Source: Mesotaenium endlicherianum
Taxonomy: Eukaryota
DNA length: 63,871 nucleotides
Assembly (NCBI GenBank): GCA_009602735.1
Contig: WELA01003365.1
Span: 377,491 to 441,361, forward strand
Direction: 5' to 3'
The notes below the pieces were generated by a model that was not told the DNA's origin, made no database searches, and saw nothing but the letters and a program-made list of their open reading frames with translations. Positions 1 to 13,704 of the stretch are shown here, one piece after another. Both the position numbers and the translations under genes were made by a program. Positions within the stretch are counted from its first letter, which is position 1. Every line of letters starts with the position of its first letter.

Positions 1-332
1 GGGGGGGGAGGGAAGAGGGGGGGGGCTTCCAGCTCTTCAGAAAGTCATTGGCAACATCATCACGAGCAAAGATTACGGACGTTGCTTGAGCTGCGACACC
101 AGCAGCTGCTGCACTGCTGGGCAACCAACACGTGTCGACATGCTGAACAAGGACGGGCTCGAGCGCTGCTACTCCAGCCGTGCAAGTAAGGACCTTGCGT
201 CGATACCAAGTATCGAAGACAGCAGCTTTCCAACTTTGATGCGTGCTCACGACAAGAGCAGCAAGGCGCTCAATCATCTGGCGCATCATTGACAACATGC
301 TCATTGTCCCAGCGGAGAGCGAGGGGGGGTAC

Positions 333-3300
333 CTCATCCTCGCGCATGCCCTTGGCATTGTTGGCGCCGCCCGCCAGCGAGTTGCCGGGCTGCTGCGAGG
401 TCTGGTTGAAGTAGGTGATGCTCCAGATCAGCGTCTTCAGCCCTGCACACGCGCGAGCACGCACGCACGCAGGCTCCCTTGAGCTTGTCAGCATCTGGCC
501 CCAAGTAAAATGCAAGAGGGGGTCTACTGTGCAGTCAGTTGATGCATGCCAGCTACCAAAGGCGGCAAGCAGAGCCGCACGATAACTGGGCACGGGAAAT
601 GAAGTAGCCTTGAAAGAAAACAAGCAAAAGCAGAGGCAGTTGAAAAGACATACGTGTGCCACACGATGCATGACAGACAAGGTGAGTGCGCCCATGTGGG
701 AGACACATGTACAGACTCAGAGCACCCAAGGAGGGGGAGGGGGAGGGGGGGAGGGGGGGGAGCATGCATATACCCATGATGAGCGTGCGCATGAGGGCCT
801 TGCAGTCGGCAACCTCCTTGGCGTGGCCCGGAGGCGGCATGAGGCTCAGAGCCGACTGCTCCCACAGCCCCCAACAAGGCCAAGCAGGCGCAGCAGACTC
901 GTCAGCATGCAGGTCAAATTTGGCGATTTGGCAGAGCTACTGCTGTGTCCCAGCAGCGTCCCTAAACTTTGCATCCATTCTGCCTCCAACTCTGGCTCCT
1001 GTGTAGCCCCCGGCTCCAGATTTGGCTGGGCTCTCTGGCGCCGACTTAAATTACGGCACCCCCTATCTGGCTCCCCGGCTCAATCTCTGGCTCCACTTCT
1101 GGCTCCGGCTCAAGTCAAGGCAGAGTGGCAAACCTGGGCCAGAGGGCACCCCCAAGCCCCCCATTGACTTCCCGACCAACCAGCAGATGGTTCTGTGGAA
1201 TAATATGTCGTCCGCACGCCTATGCATTTAGGGCGTCGGCTTAGTCAAGACAGTTGCGGATGAAACGGTGAATGGACTTTCTGAAAGGCCCACAACACAT
1301 GCATCTGACTCGCGAACAGCAGCGGCAGCAGGGTGAGGCAAAGAGTGGATGAGCGCAATCCACAGCTGACAGGGGACGCACGAGAGGGCAGCGCTCACCT
1401 GGACAGGAAGCTCCAGGCGCAAGCGCAGGCTGGCCGACCCCTTCTTCTCCTCTACATCTCCCTCCAGCAGCTGCGCCCACACCCCCCCTCTCCCCCCAAA
1501 GAAAAAAGATTCAGGCCCCGCCCCTCAAAACGAGAGAATGAGATGGTGGTGCCAAGTGAGCCTCCACTGAAAGGAGGCCTTCACACCACGGAGTGTTGTC
1601 AGACGGGGCAGAGAAATTTGTAGAGCTTGGCTCCTCCTATGCGAGCTAGCGGGAGCGTGTCATCCAGCGGGTGCTGTTGAGACGAGTAGGACAAGGAGGG
1701 AGAGGGAAAGGGAGAGGGGGGCTGACCAGCGTGACGTTGCGGCGGAGGTTGCTGAACTTGGTCACAAATGCGTCCAGGATTTTGCCCTGCCCACAAGAGG
1801 GACCCGCTTCGACTCAGGCCCCAAAGAAGGAATAAGAAAAGGGGGGGGGGGAACCCTCTGTCCTTCCATTCCCTGCTTCATTCAGGGTGTGTACCACAAC
1901 AGCGCACTAATCATGCCGGGCCTTAATGCTGCTCCAAAACGTCACCCTACCACTCCACAGACGTATGATCGAGACAGCAAGTGGGAGTTTCCAGTCAGCC
2001 CAACTGACTGAAAGAAGCAGCCGTACCAGCAAGGTGCGGCCCTCTTCGCGCGTCTGCTGGTCGACTCTCCTGCTGAAGATGGTCTCCACCTGCGTAAGGT
2101 GGCAAAGCCAAAGTCAATTCCCTGGGGCAGCGGAGACCTCACCCGGGCCATCCAGGAGCGGAGGTTTCAAGGAGCAGACAGCTGTCCCTTCTTGAAGAGC
2201 TTCCCCCTGGGAGCAGGGGGGAAGGAGGCAAAGAAGATCAAAAGCTTTTCACCCGGCAGGGCCTGGACGATATTCCACAACAGGGCGTAAGGAAGCAGTC
2301 GCCAGCAAGCAACCGAGCACGGATGAGCTGGGGGCAAGATCGAGAAGCCATCTCGAGGGCATGTGCAGCACTACTCCAGCAATAGGGTTCAAGTCAAGGC
2401 CTTGGGCCGCTTCCTCGTATGGGGGCGCAGCAGCAACTACAAAGGGCACAACATCATCGAGCGAGCCTTCTTGCGCTTGACGCACAAGTGGGAGATGGCT
2501 GCTTGTTCAATCGTGTCGGGCGTGGAGGAGGGGCAGCGGACTGACCAGGTTGAGCATGAGGCGCACGCAGGTGGTCTGCACACTTGTGGGCAGCGAGGCG
2601 TCGTGCACGTTGCGCGAGAAGACGTACACGATCCTTGCCAGCTGCCAGCACGCCGCCCACATGGAGGGCGTCAAGAGCCATCATCATCATGAAGAGCCTT
2701 AAAGCACGCTGAGAGTAAGACCCAGGCTGATAATATGAGCATTCTCAGGGAAGATAATCTGTTGTTTCGTTCTCAACGATCTTCACGGCAGTCCAAGAAC
2801 ATGCGGTGATAAGGATACTTGCACACTTACACTTCGAGCGCAAAGCGCCAGCTGTACGCAAATGAGTGCGCCAAGAAAAGATGGAACGGATGGACACGCA
2901 CAAGAGTTGCCTGCAGATATCCTAGAAGCAGCGTGACGGCTGTAATCACCAATGTGAGCACAGTGGGCGGAAGCATGCATGAGGGCGAACCCGAGGGCGA
3001 AAGTAGGGACGCACCTGGGCGAGGGAGAGATCGCCACGGAAGTTGTGGATCAGCTCGGCCAGCAGGCTGAAGCCGAGCGGGCGCAGAGTCTCGTAGCACG
3101 CGCGTCCGGCTCCGACAAGCACCCTGTAAGTGAAGAAAGAACAGAACGCAGCCCCAGACAAGAAGTTGACATTCACATCAGATTCGGGTTCAGCGAGGTT
3201 TTTCATCACTCTGGATGAGGCGGCTATATGAGAGCGGGGTCAAGCGCGGCCAATTCCCACAAGCCCCCCGAGTAAAGAACGCAATCCCCAGAAGTGACGT

Positions 3301-6300
3301 TGCATCTGAGATCGGTCTCGGCTTAAACAATTTCTTATTTGGGCGACGAGCCCATGTGTGAACGCTCTTCTGCAAGCACCCAGTGCCAAAGCAGCCCTGG
3401 AAAGTGATCTCAGCTCAGGTCCCGGCGTTCCCCGCATCAGTTTAGACCAAACCAACCAGATAGGCTACGTATGCTGGAACGGCCAAGCGCGGGTGGAGCA
3501 TAGTGTGCCATTCAGGGTGTCAAAGGAGGGCAGCCGGCAAAGGTGAGAAGCAGGAGCGACTCCCTCGCAGGACCCGAGTGCTGCCCACGCCCTGAGACTG
3601 TCTCTATTGTAGCGTTTTTTCTCGTATTTCTGATCTTGGATAAAGAGCACCCTCGTAGTTTTCCTCGGGCAAGCAAGCAACTACTTGGAAAGGTTTTCCA
3701 AGGGAAAGGGCGAGCAAGGCAGGAGCCGGCATTGACGCGCGCGTCGCATTTCCATCACATGCAGATCACATTAGACCGCAGAGGAGACTCCCCACTCATA
3801 ATGAGTGCGTTGACACAAGGTGTGGCCTGAGACCCACCGCTCGTCCAGAAGCGTGTCCATGTGGGGGAAGAAGCCGCGCTTGAAGTCCGTCGACAGAACG
3901 TGGCGAGTTGCAACCAGCAGCTCCTGCACGCACGCACGAGCACACACACACACACACACACACGCACGCGCGCACAAGCGCATGGACGCCCGCAGGCGCA
4001 ATCTCACACACCAGCTCAGTAATTACCTACGACGCCCAGCTGTCATGCTCTCATGAACTCCAGTAAAGTAACAGAACCCCGGCATGAATGATCACTCTTC
4101 TGGACCCAACCTCCTCCAAGCCCTCAGCTCAGCCCCAAGCCCAAAGTCCAACAGCCTAGGCCTCACCCAAACTCAAACATCCTGCCGATCCAAGCATTAC
4201 TGCACATTTTAAGAAGGGGAAAGAGAGAGAGGAAGAGAGGGGAGTGGGAGCAACGAGAGAGAGGGGACTGAGATAGGAGAACTGCTTCAGCAACGGAGCC
4301 ACTGGCAAGCCCTTAGGCGGGCTAGATCCTTCGTCTGATCTCTAGTGCAAGGGAAGCAGCAGAGTCGGCAGCTGCAGGCTGCCCACACCAGCGAAAGCCA
4401 GCAAGATGGATGCGGCTCTTTGTTGCAAACAAGAGTCTGTCCGGACCTCCACGTGTATCGACAAGAGAGTCCTTCTGCCTGCTTGCTGGGCCCAGCATGT
4501 ACAAGCCAGGCTTGTGATTATGGGCTATGATCGGTGTGAGGCCAAGGGGCGCAGGGGGGCCACACAGGGATGATCAACAAGCACACGCAAAGTAGATTCA
4601 TCAGAGAAAGGAGCATAGAGCTCAGGCCTTCTTCAGGCAAGTCAAGAGGCTGCAGCAGCAATAGCCCCCACTGCCCCAGCCCCAGCCCCAGTGCCAGCCC
4701 TAGCCCTCACCTTCGTCCCTCGCCCATGTCCCTGCCCCTCACCCTTGCCCTCGCCCTTGCCCTCATCCCTTGCCCCTCACCCTTGTTCTTGCCCTCCTAT
4801 TGCTGCCTCGCTCTGCCCCGGGGCATGTGAGGGAAAGGGGGCCGACCTTGCGGTGCGAGACGAGGTCGGGGCACGTGACGAGCAGGTTCACGATGCTCTT
4901 GGAGATGCTCTCCTCGTGCGGCTTGATGTAGTCGAAGTGCGACCTCAGGATGTACGTCAGGAACGACAGCGTCTGCACACGGCCCCAGCAAGTGCCAGCT
5001 CACCTCCCAGCGTTTTGAGCGATACTGGTTGCAAGGCTGACTTGACCCTGACCTTGACCTTGATCTTCGAGGCCACAGCGCGCGGTGGGGTCGAGAGGCA
5101 CAGCAGCACAGCACAGCCCAGCAGTTGCAGGGTTGACCTTGACCTTGACCCTGACATTACCATCATGACGACAGCAGGGGAGTGGGGCCCCTGACTGAAA
5201 GACTGACTGGGTAAGTGAGTGTCATGGCACATAGGAGCATGAAGGAGGTGCGCTGCCAACGGACGGCTGCAAATGCTGACTGAAAGTCCACTTGCACGAG
5301 GTCGAGTCTGCGTAACTGAGGGACTGAGGGACTGAGGACAGTCGCAGCCCTCCCCCCTCTTCTCCCCTGCTCTTCGCCACAGGGTCCGGCCCATCTCCTG
5401 CTCCAGGCTGGCCCTGAAGGGCAGGCTTCAAGATTGAATAGAGGTCAATACTCCAGCATTGAGTGGCAGCCAGGCGTAGTTCAGGTATGTGCATGTGTGA
5501 AGCTGCCGCAGGCAACTGAACCAGGGCCTGGGCATATGTGTGGAGTATATCTTGTCTGGACTCGCACTTCTTTTTACTGCCCCTCTCTTGTCGTAATGTG
5601 CCGTGGCCGCTGCTTCCAATCCGTCAGAGCCGGAGAAATTACCCCAGCTTTGAATCCCGTCCACTACTCCAGCCATAGACACTGGAACCGATGGGGCACG
5701 AAGCGCTGACTTGGCGGTGCACATCAAGACCGAAAAAAGTACCCATGACACCCACACCCAAACTCAAAAAAGGAGTCCTCTGCTCCCCACCCCCTCGCCC
5801 CTCCTCCCCCCCCTNNNNNNNNNNNNNNNNNNNNNNNNNNNNNNNNNNNNNNNNNNNNNNNNNNNNNNNNNNNNNNNNNNNNNNNNNNNNNNNNNNNNNN
5901 NNNNNNNNNNNNNNNNNNNNNNNNNNNNNNNNNNNNNNNNNNNNNNNNNNNNNNNNNNNNNNNNNNNNNNNNNNNNNNNNNNNNNNNNNNNNNNNNNNNN
6001 NNNNNNNNNNNNNNNNNNNNNNNNNNNNNNNNNNNNNNNNNNNNNNNNNNNNNNNNNNNNNNNNNNNNNNNNNNNNNNNNNNNNNNNNNNNNNNNNNNNN
6101 NNNNNNNNNNNNNNNNNNNNNNNNNNNNNNNNNNNNNNNNNNNNNNNNNNNNNNNNNNNNNNNNNNNNNNNNNNNNNNNNNNNNNNNNNNNNNNNNNNNN
6201 NNNNNNNNNNNNNNNNNNNNNNNNNNNNNNNNNNNNNNNNNNNNNNNNNNNNNNNNNNNNNNNNNNNNNNNNNNNNNNNNNNNNNNNNNNNNNNNNNNNN

Positions 6301-8766
6301 NNNNNNNNNNNNNNNNNNNNNNCCCCCAAAAAGAAACCACCACACACACACACGAAAGGGGGTGTGAAAAAAGCAAGCCCACAAGCCGTACCTTGATCTG
6401 GGCGCCCTTGAGGTCGGCATAGGCCGGCTTGAGGTGATGAGGCACCTGCTGGGGGCCGGAGATGCTGATGGACTGCACCATGAGGGGCAGCAGGATGGGG
6501 ATGTTGGCCGCCACAAAGCGGGGGTAGAGCTGGAGCAGGAACATGACGATGAGGGGGCAGTCGTTGATGAGCTTGAAGGAGCGGTTGGCCGGGTTGAGCT
6601 GCCCCGGGATGGGCCCGGAGGTGCCCACCTGGCGCTGGCCCACGTAGCTGATGCCCTGGGAGGCGGCCAGCTGGGACGCCAGCTGGCCCGCCTGCTGCAC
6701 CTGCACCTTGTTCAGGTTCTCCTCGAAGAAGTAGCTGACCGTGGCCTTGAAGTTCTGGTAGGCCTGCCAGGGGGAAGGAGAGAGAGAGAAAGAGAGAGAG
6801 AAAGAGACATGTGCTTGTGCTCTTGTTACTCAACAGAAGGTGCATCCAGGAAGGCAGAGGTGCACATGCATGGATGTAGCAAGCGCCGTGAACATGATGT
6901 TGTCCACAGGCTTCATTCCACGAGAGTTGGTTACAGTCCAACGAGCCCCCGCGTGTCAGCTGCGTGAGATGGACGCTGCTTGGCAACCGGTGGAGAGAGG
7001 GCAACAGCACTGGGAAGGAAAGGGCAACAAAACCAGGGATAGTGACGAGCTTGAGAACGTCAAGCTGCTTAGTTGCCACAGGAGTGGTGTTTCCCTACCA
7101 CAATTGAGGCGAGGGGGGGAGCACAGGCCAAGGGGGGGCTGTGTGCCAGGTGTGCCCCGCAGGCAGGTCTGGTGCAGTCCTCACCTTATTGACGTAGTCC
7201 AGGAACAGCTGGACCTCGTTCTCGAGGGAGGGGCGGAAGTTCTTGTGCAGGTCGAACATGATGCGCAGCGCGATGATGCCGTTCTCCTCATTGTCGCTGG
7301 CCATGACGGCGTGCGACAGCTTCAGGAGGTCAAACACGTACGGCCGCAGCACCTCGTTATGGGGCAGCCGGTTCAGGATCTCCAGGATCACGTTCCTCAC
7401 CTTGTGATCTGCTGAGTCTGTCAGCTGCCAGGGGCGACAAAGACAGAGCAGGGTGCGCAGCGGGTAAGAATCTGCAGCCAGGGCTGCTGAAGTTGTAGCT
7501 AGGGTCAACTGACGTCAAACACTGTCAACTGCAGTTGACCACGATTGACTAGGCACTTGCTCCAAAGGTACTTACATGGAAAACATGCGTGCAGGCTGCT
7601 TGGCTCCTAGGCACAGGTAGACAGATTGTGCCGCAACGCATCACATATAGTTTGAAGTCGAGGAATGCCCTCACACAGAGGTAGAAAGACAAGACTTCAT
7701 CGGAACACATATGGTTCTTTACTCGGCGCTTGACGGAGTGCAGGGAAGTGCCCTCGGGATTGCTGAAACAAGTCATTCACTCCCCTTCTTGACACCTGCC
7801 CCTTATGAGATTCCCCAAGCTCTGTTGACCTGCAGGACGTGCATATCAAGACTCTATGGCAAATGCATACCAGAGAGACTCGACAACTGTCATGTCCATC
7901 TGACTGAGTCACCATAGTGGAAGTCTTCATGATCTAGTGACCCTGACAACGCCGATTGGTAACGAATACCTTGCTTCCAAAATACGAGAAGGTAATCTCA
8001 TATTCTATCAGAATAATAAAAACAAACTCTCTCCTCCTTTCATTCCATCCCCAGACCTCCTTATGTCTTCCACGGTTTCTTTTTGCTTCCAAAAAAAAAA
8101 AATGTTCTGACTCAGCGGCACCTCGTAATCGCACGCTTCTATTTATTTCCCCTATGGATATATTCCTCCTCAAGCTCGTCCTTTCCTAGTAACTCATTGT
8201 CAGAAAAAGCTGGGAAGTTTTTCATTCCTGGAATCTGAGATATGGTTGCTGACACTTCCAGTCATGCAAGCTCAGTGGCCAATAATCCCCAAAAATAGGG
8301 AGGGCAAAAGCCAGGGAAGTAATACCTGGGGCTTGGTAATCTGCGTGAGCACTTGCCAGAATACCCGGAAGTAGCTCTTGAGGAAGTTTTGGTACTCGCT
8401 TGTATGGGCAATCTCGATGCTGTCCCGCACCTCCGTCGCCAGCTGGTGACGCTGGGCCATAGCTGTACACATATGATAATGGTCAAGGAACTCTTCTTCC
8501 TTATAATAAAAGCTTGGTAAAATACAGCACGCCCTTTTTCTTTAACATATCATATATGTCTCGTCTCTACGTTCATCTTAGAAGCACACAGCATCATACA
8601 ACAATGGGGGCTTGTCGGGAAAGCAAAGACATGAGTTTGGAAGGCAGTCATGCATAAGCTTCCACTGGAGACCTGCAGGTGAGGTAAAGAGTATTTTTTT
8701 AAGGATACTCTGCTCCGGCTCCAAAAACCTCCGAGCATGTTGGTCAAAGTTGCTTATCGGTATCAT
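333..8766 (-). CDS. TRA1: Transformation/transcription domain-associated protein (TRA1/TRRAP, PIKK pseudokinase), N-terminal ~537 aa; gene continues beyond the window start
   Basis: 13 GT-AG exons join in frame: 8766-8709, 8462-8326, 7424-7185, 6763-6392, 4972-4847, 3923-3838, 3123-3015, 2641-2546, 2089-2027, 1786-1727, 1470-1399, 855-774, 442-333. The translation MIPISNFDQHARRFLEPEQTMAQRHQLATEVRDSIEIAHTSEYQNFLKSYF...KVRNVILEILNRLPHNEVLRPY...ELLVATRHVLSTDFKRGFFPHMDTLLDER...ACYETLRPL is the recognisable plant TRA1 N-terminus. Confidence 0.95.
5815..6321. other. Assembly gap (N run) in a TRA1 intron
   Basis: Run of N flanked by poly-C tracts. Confidence 0.99.
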
Positions 8767-9078
8767 CTTTGCTGCGGCAGAACTGTGAAGAGGCTCTTTC
8801 AAGCGACTGTTCCTGAAATCTATCTGTTAACGTCGCAGTCAAGCGCGAAAGATTTCAAGTTAAGAATGAGGATAATGGCGGGAGCCTCGGCCCTAGCATC
8901 AGGCTCCCCATTAAGTGACCATTTTGACAGACAACTGAAGCTCGGGTATCGCATCTTCCACTACCTCTCTATATGCATCGTGAATGACTCGAGGAAAAGT
9001 GATTTGGAGCTTTACAAGAGCAAGTGGAATGCATTTTCATTATATTGAAAATAATAATTTAACTATATTAGGCAGCCA

Positions 9079-9095
9079 GCTCTAGTAGCTCAGTT

Positions 9096-9128
<33 letters not shown>

Positions 9129-9152
9129 AAGGTTCAAATCCTTCCTGGAGCG
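9079..9152 (+). tRNA. tRNA-Asn (anticodon GUU), intronless
   Basis: GCTCTAG/CTGGAGC acceptor stem; D arm with A box (TAGCTCAGTTGG); anticodon arm TGTGG-CTGTTAA-CCACA; T loop GGTTCAAATCC (B box); discriminator G; AT-rich upstream flank. Confidence 0.97.
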
Positions 9153-9169
9153 CTTATTGCAGACAAGCA

Positions 9170-9175
9170 ATTTTT
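9170..9175 (+). terminator. Pol III oligo-T terminator of tRNA-Asn
   Basis: TTTTT about 18 nt after the tRNA 3' end. Confidence 0.7.
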
Positions 9176-9671
9176 AAGGCTTACTTCGTTTCGGCTGCCC
9201 AGTCTGTAATCTGTGCTGGGCAGGTGCAGGGTTAGTTTTTTCCATGTCGGATCTTGCTTGCCGTCCGAGGAGTTTCTTTTCATAATTTACTCCCTTAGCT
9301 TTGTGAGTAAATTTCACGTCCTAAAACCCGTATATATAGCTTGCCGTTTGAGATTTCGGCTTAATGTTGCCATCTGCGAGCGGTGCTGGTACAAGCAACA
9401 TAATAAAGTGGTGCCACCAACATTTGTAAACCTTACACAGGTGCCAAACCCTTCACGAAATACTTGGAAGTGCTTGACGACTAGCTCTACATGTAGTCTT
9501 CTTAGTTTGCAGTCTCCTCGCGGCTCTTCCAGCTTTTACCTCTAAGTATCAAAGTTGAACCTGACACCGTAAATATCAGAATTGTGAGGTCATCAAACGT
9601 CTCTTCTTTTGTTAGATCAGGAACGTCCTTCTCAGCTCGCAGTTTCTTACCTGGTCTAGGTTCTAGCTCGA

Positions 9672-12600
9672 ATGCGGCCCCCAAGAGGTGGTGGTTCTTT
9701 CAGGGGAGGGGGGGGGAGCTTTAGAGGTGGCGGAGGTGGATTTAGGGGTGGGAGAGGTGGTTTTGGTGGACGAGGTGGTGGAGGCTATAATGACGGACCT
9801 CCAGAGCAAGTCGTAGGTAAAGCCTCAGTAATTTCCTGGTCGGACCTCGTGTACGACGGGAAATAAGGTGCCATTGTATTGTTACTTGCGCCACAGTGTC
9901 TTTTAATGTATAGCACGCGTGAGTGCACAAACTTCTCAAGTTTGAATGGAGACTACGGGGTTTCATACTGAGAAATGAAATGGCTATGGGTTTTCTAGGA
10001 TGTACTAAGCCGGTAGAGGAGCTTGGCTATGGTCTAGTGTCTGTATTGTCTCAATTGTTGTGTACTCTCGTGGCAGTCTGCGAATCTCACATTCAACTCT
10101 TACAAGCTCCATGTGGGTGTTTTCGTTGACATCCCATTTCACCTCATTGTGGGAAGTACATTGTCTGGTTGCTGAATTTCACATGCTGTTGTAGACGTGC
10201 TGTTAAAGAGCTGATGACTTGCCCTGTGTCAAAGATTGCTGTTGTGACTGTCGTATCGCGGCAGCATTGTCTTTGTAAGGAGGGTATTTCTAAGGGATTA
10301 GTAGTGCCATACTGCAGGATTTTTGTCTGAATTTTCCTGTGGCTGTGGTTACAATGGTTTGGAGCACAGTGTTCCTAGTGTCCAGAAGGCTTGAGATATC
10401 TTTGAAACGAAAAGCATATGATGGAAAGCAGTTGACTGGCTATACAGTAGCTCTCTTACAAATTCTGGTGCTTGAATCATCTGTCGCATGTTCTGACCCC
10501 TTGACCACATTTCTTGCTTCTCTTTTCTTCTCAACCCAAAACTCTGAGAACGATCAAGGACAGCATGATTGCTATAAAGTGCCGTGTGAAGCAGGAATGT
10601 GAACTAGTCTGCCCGCGTGGCTATGGTCTCTGTTGCAGAGGTAGCTACCTTCGTGCATGCGTGCGAGGGGGAGGCAGTCACCAAGCTTACAAATGAGAAG
10701 ATTCCGTACTTCAATGCCCCCATCTACTTGGAAAACAAGACACAGATTGGAAAGGTCGAAGAGATTTTTGGGCCCATCAATGAGGCGGTAAGGTTTCACT
10801 GCATTCGTAAGCCATGCTGCCCTACCCCTTGAGGGCTCTTTCTTCACAAGATGCAGCTAGTGCTTCTACGTCGAGGATATAGTCAGCTGCCTGCTTTCCT
10901 CACCTCTATGGCACCCGCGCAGACGCATTATCAAAGTACTCTGAAGTGCAGGCTAAGGTGTGCCAGGCCCTAGTGGGTCCAATTAACCATGTCAGCTTTT
11001 CTAGGGAGGGAGGTGGGGTGGGGGCAGTGCAGGCTGGGCCTTGCGGGCCACTTAGAAGTCCATGTTCTGGTAGATTGAAAGGGTTGTGACTTGCCTTTTG
11101 TTGCAGGCAAGTCCAATACTGTTCTTTAATGGGTTGTGTATGGAGTGCTCTGCAAGAGATTCTGATAATGAGATGTCTGCTTTCCTTGCTTTTGGTGGGC
11201 GCAGTACTTCTCAGTGAAGATGCAGGATGGCATCGTGGCGTCGTCCTATGCGGTTGGTGACAAGTTCTTCATCGATCCCATGAAGCTGCTGCCCTTGCAG
11301 CGCTTCCTCCCGCAAGCCAAGTGCGCTCTCCCTCCCCCCCCCCCTCTCTCCCTCTCTCTCTCTCCCTTGCTCTTTCTCTCTGGCTTCCCCCCTCTACCTA
11401 TGCCCATGAGCAGCTTATCTTTGAACCAGTGTTTGTCCACACTAGCAGAACAGGCGTGCTGAAATATGGCAGTGGACTTCAGTACAAAACACGAAGTGGG
11501 ATGCTTAAACAAAGGATGTACAACAGCTCCACGAATGCCGAGTATGATTTAAGGGACCTCGAAGCCTTGTTGCTGAAGCACCTGAGGAAGCACCTATGCA
11601 GTTAGAGATGTGTACTGGTAATGGCCTATTGTTATGACTCATGTGTGTTGTATTGCCCTGGGTGGGTCATTTGTAGTCATTATGTTTGAACACTGGGTAT
11701 TGCTCTATAGGTCTCTATGAGCTGTGAGTAAGGTGGGAGGGACCAAAGTCGGATCTTAGTCAAATCAGCTCTGCACCTCAATGACTACCTGTGAAGCACC
11801 TCTTAAGGCCTTTGAATCTAAACATCCCCTTCTTATTGACTGATGCTGGTGATAGCGATAGCTGTAATACGTGCCGATTACTGTCTCTGGAGCTTGTTAT
11901 GAGAGGCACTTGGTTGTCTGCATGTTCGGTCTGTGCTCAATTTGTCATGTATATTACCCTGCGTATTACCTTCCAACAGTCCTATGCTTGTTCCTGCAAT
12001 GCAAGTGGGTCGGTCACCGGTATTGTGTGCTCAACAGGTGCTACGCCCTGGGTTAAAATTTCGTATGCTTGCTGGCTGCATCAAAATAAGCTTCTAGCAC
12101 GTAGACCAAGTTGGACTTTGCTATCAAGTGGCAATGAGCAAGGAGAAGTCAAGGTTCATGAAGTGTGAGCAAAACCTTGATGCCAGGGGTGTGATTCCAA
12201 TGCTTTGGTGTGCAGGGGTGAGGGAGGTGGACGAGGAGGAGGCCGTGGTAAGTCCCTTCTTTCGCGCTTTGAAAGATGCTGACATTCTTAGGCACTGCTA
12301 CTGCTCACTGTTTTTAGCAGAGCAGTCGAATCTGATTTACGACAGATGTGGGTCGAGGCTGCGGGGCACGTCTGGTCCGTTGGCACGGCTGACAGACACC
12401 CTTTGAAGCCATTACCAAAGCTTGTTGCTTTCTGAACCTCAATGCTTTTCTCGAAGAGGTTCTTGGGTGGAAACATAGATAGAAACAGCTAGTTTCTTGT
12501 GCTGTCCTGTGTAAGCTGACGTTACAGGCGGCCCTTCTTTGCGATGCTGGATGTGCTTTTCCACCCTGTCTCGTGTCGAGCATTCATGATCTCTGGTCGT

Positions 12601-12865
12601 GAAAATCAGAGGTGCAGATGGTGCATGGCTTACAACATCCTACTTATAATGTAATGCTTGCAATGTGGCGCTTACAGGTGGCCGCGGTGGGGGCAGAGGT
12701 GCTGGTGGCTTCCGCGGAGGGGGCCGGGGGGGAGGCGGCTTCAGGGGTGCTCCCAGGGGAGGAGGTTTCAGGGGCGCCCCTAGAGGGGGAGGTGGCTTCA
12801 GGGGTGGTGGTGGCGGTGGAGGCTTCCGTGGTGGAGGTGGTGGAAGAGGGAGGGGCAGGTACTAG
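9672..12865 (+). CDS. GAR1: H/ACA snoRNP subunit GAR1 (209 aa)
   Basis: Exons 9672-9816, 10639-10787, 11205-11320, 12216-12247, 12678-12865 join in frame. RGG-rich termini flank the core [56 protein letters not shown]...[16 protein letters not shown]. Confidence 0.96.
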
Positions 12866-13481
12866 GCTGGGGTCTGAGAGAGTCTGCTGTAGGTTAGTTT
12901 GTCGAAGGGTGACGAGACTATGGTTATGTGAGCAGACGATTGGAGAGTGGCGGTTCCTGGTTTGTGGAACCTCAGGCTCTTTGCTCAGATGCATTGCTTG
13001 CATGTCCTTCCCAAGCTTAGGACGTGTACATAGAGAATTGGGAGATGTAAGACGACCACTATAATTTTCATACTTTGCAGATTCAAGTCTGAGCGGAAAT
13101 TCTTATCCATCTGTGCACGGTAGGAGAAGCCCCTGAAGATGGGGCAAGGACGTAGAGGCTGTATTTACATGTATGCAGGCTTTTAATGTAATGTTTAGAG
13201 GACACCTTACACTCAGGCAGTATGTCCAAGTTGGTGTGCACTACATCACCAGAACAAGCAGCTACAGGTTTCAAAACGGATTCTGCAGTGCTGAGATCGC
13301 ATGTTTGTGTATCGTACATACACAAAAGGAGGGTATAAGGAACTGGATACAAGGCATGCTGTGTGATAGTCACCCTCACTTCGCCCCAGAACTAAGCATG
13401 CATAAGCAGTAGTATGCCTGACCATCAAATACAGGAACTAAACAAAGTTTGTTCTTCAACCTTCATCTGTTGTAGGACTGA

Positions 13482-13515
13482 AGCAAAAGCAGCAAAAGCA
13501 GCAAAAGCAGCAAAC
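13482..13515. repeat. 9-bp tandem repeat (AGCAAAAGC-type, about 3.5 copies) downstream of ATX1
   Basis: agcaaaagc agcaaaagc agcaaaagc agcaaac. Confidence 0.8.
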
Positions 13516-13704
13516 GCACTACTTAAAGGTGTCAAACACGTAAGTCATCCTATGGCATTAAGAGGGTGAGCGAATTGACCAAAAAATAAAAAACAGAGTA
13601 GTATGTAATAAAGGATAGCTTAAGAAGGTCTTCTCATTTGACAGTCACGAGCACAACTGGGCCTGACGGTAAGGAGCTGCTTAATATACGAACTATAACA
13701 AAGC

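Noticed and set aside
990..1112. Clustered TGGCTCC/CGGCTC words in a TRA1 intron
   Set aside because: Irregular spacing and no termini; probably a low-complexity or old repeat scrap.
5639..7079. Long ORFs running through the N gap (also 42444-43010)
   Set aside because: Artefacts of translating Ns; the real coding parts are TRA1 exons.
9153..9260. tRNA-snoRNA dicistronic gene
   Set aside because: A T-run follows the tRNA within ~20 nt and no snoRNA boxes are visible.
10205..10335. Possible intronic C/D snoRNA in GAR1 (TGATGA...CTGA)
   Set aside because: No terminal stem or recognisable rRNA guide; such short boxes occur by chance.
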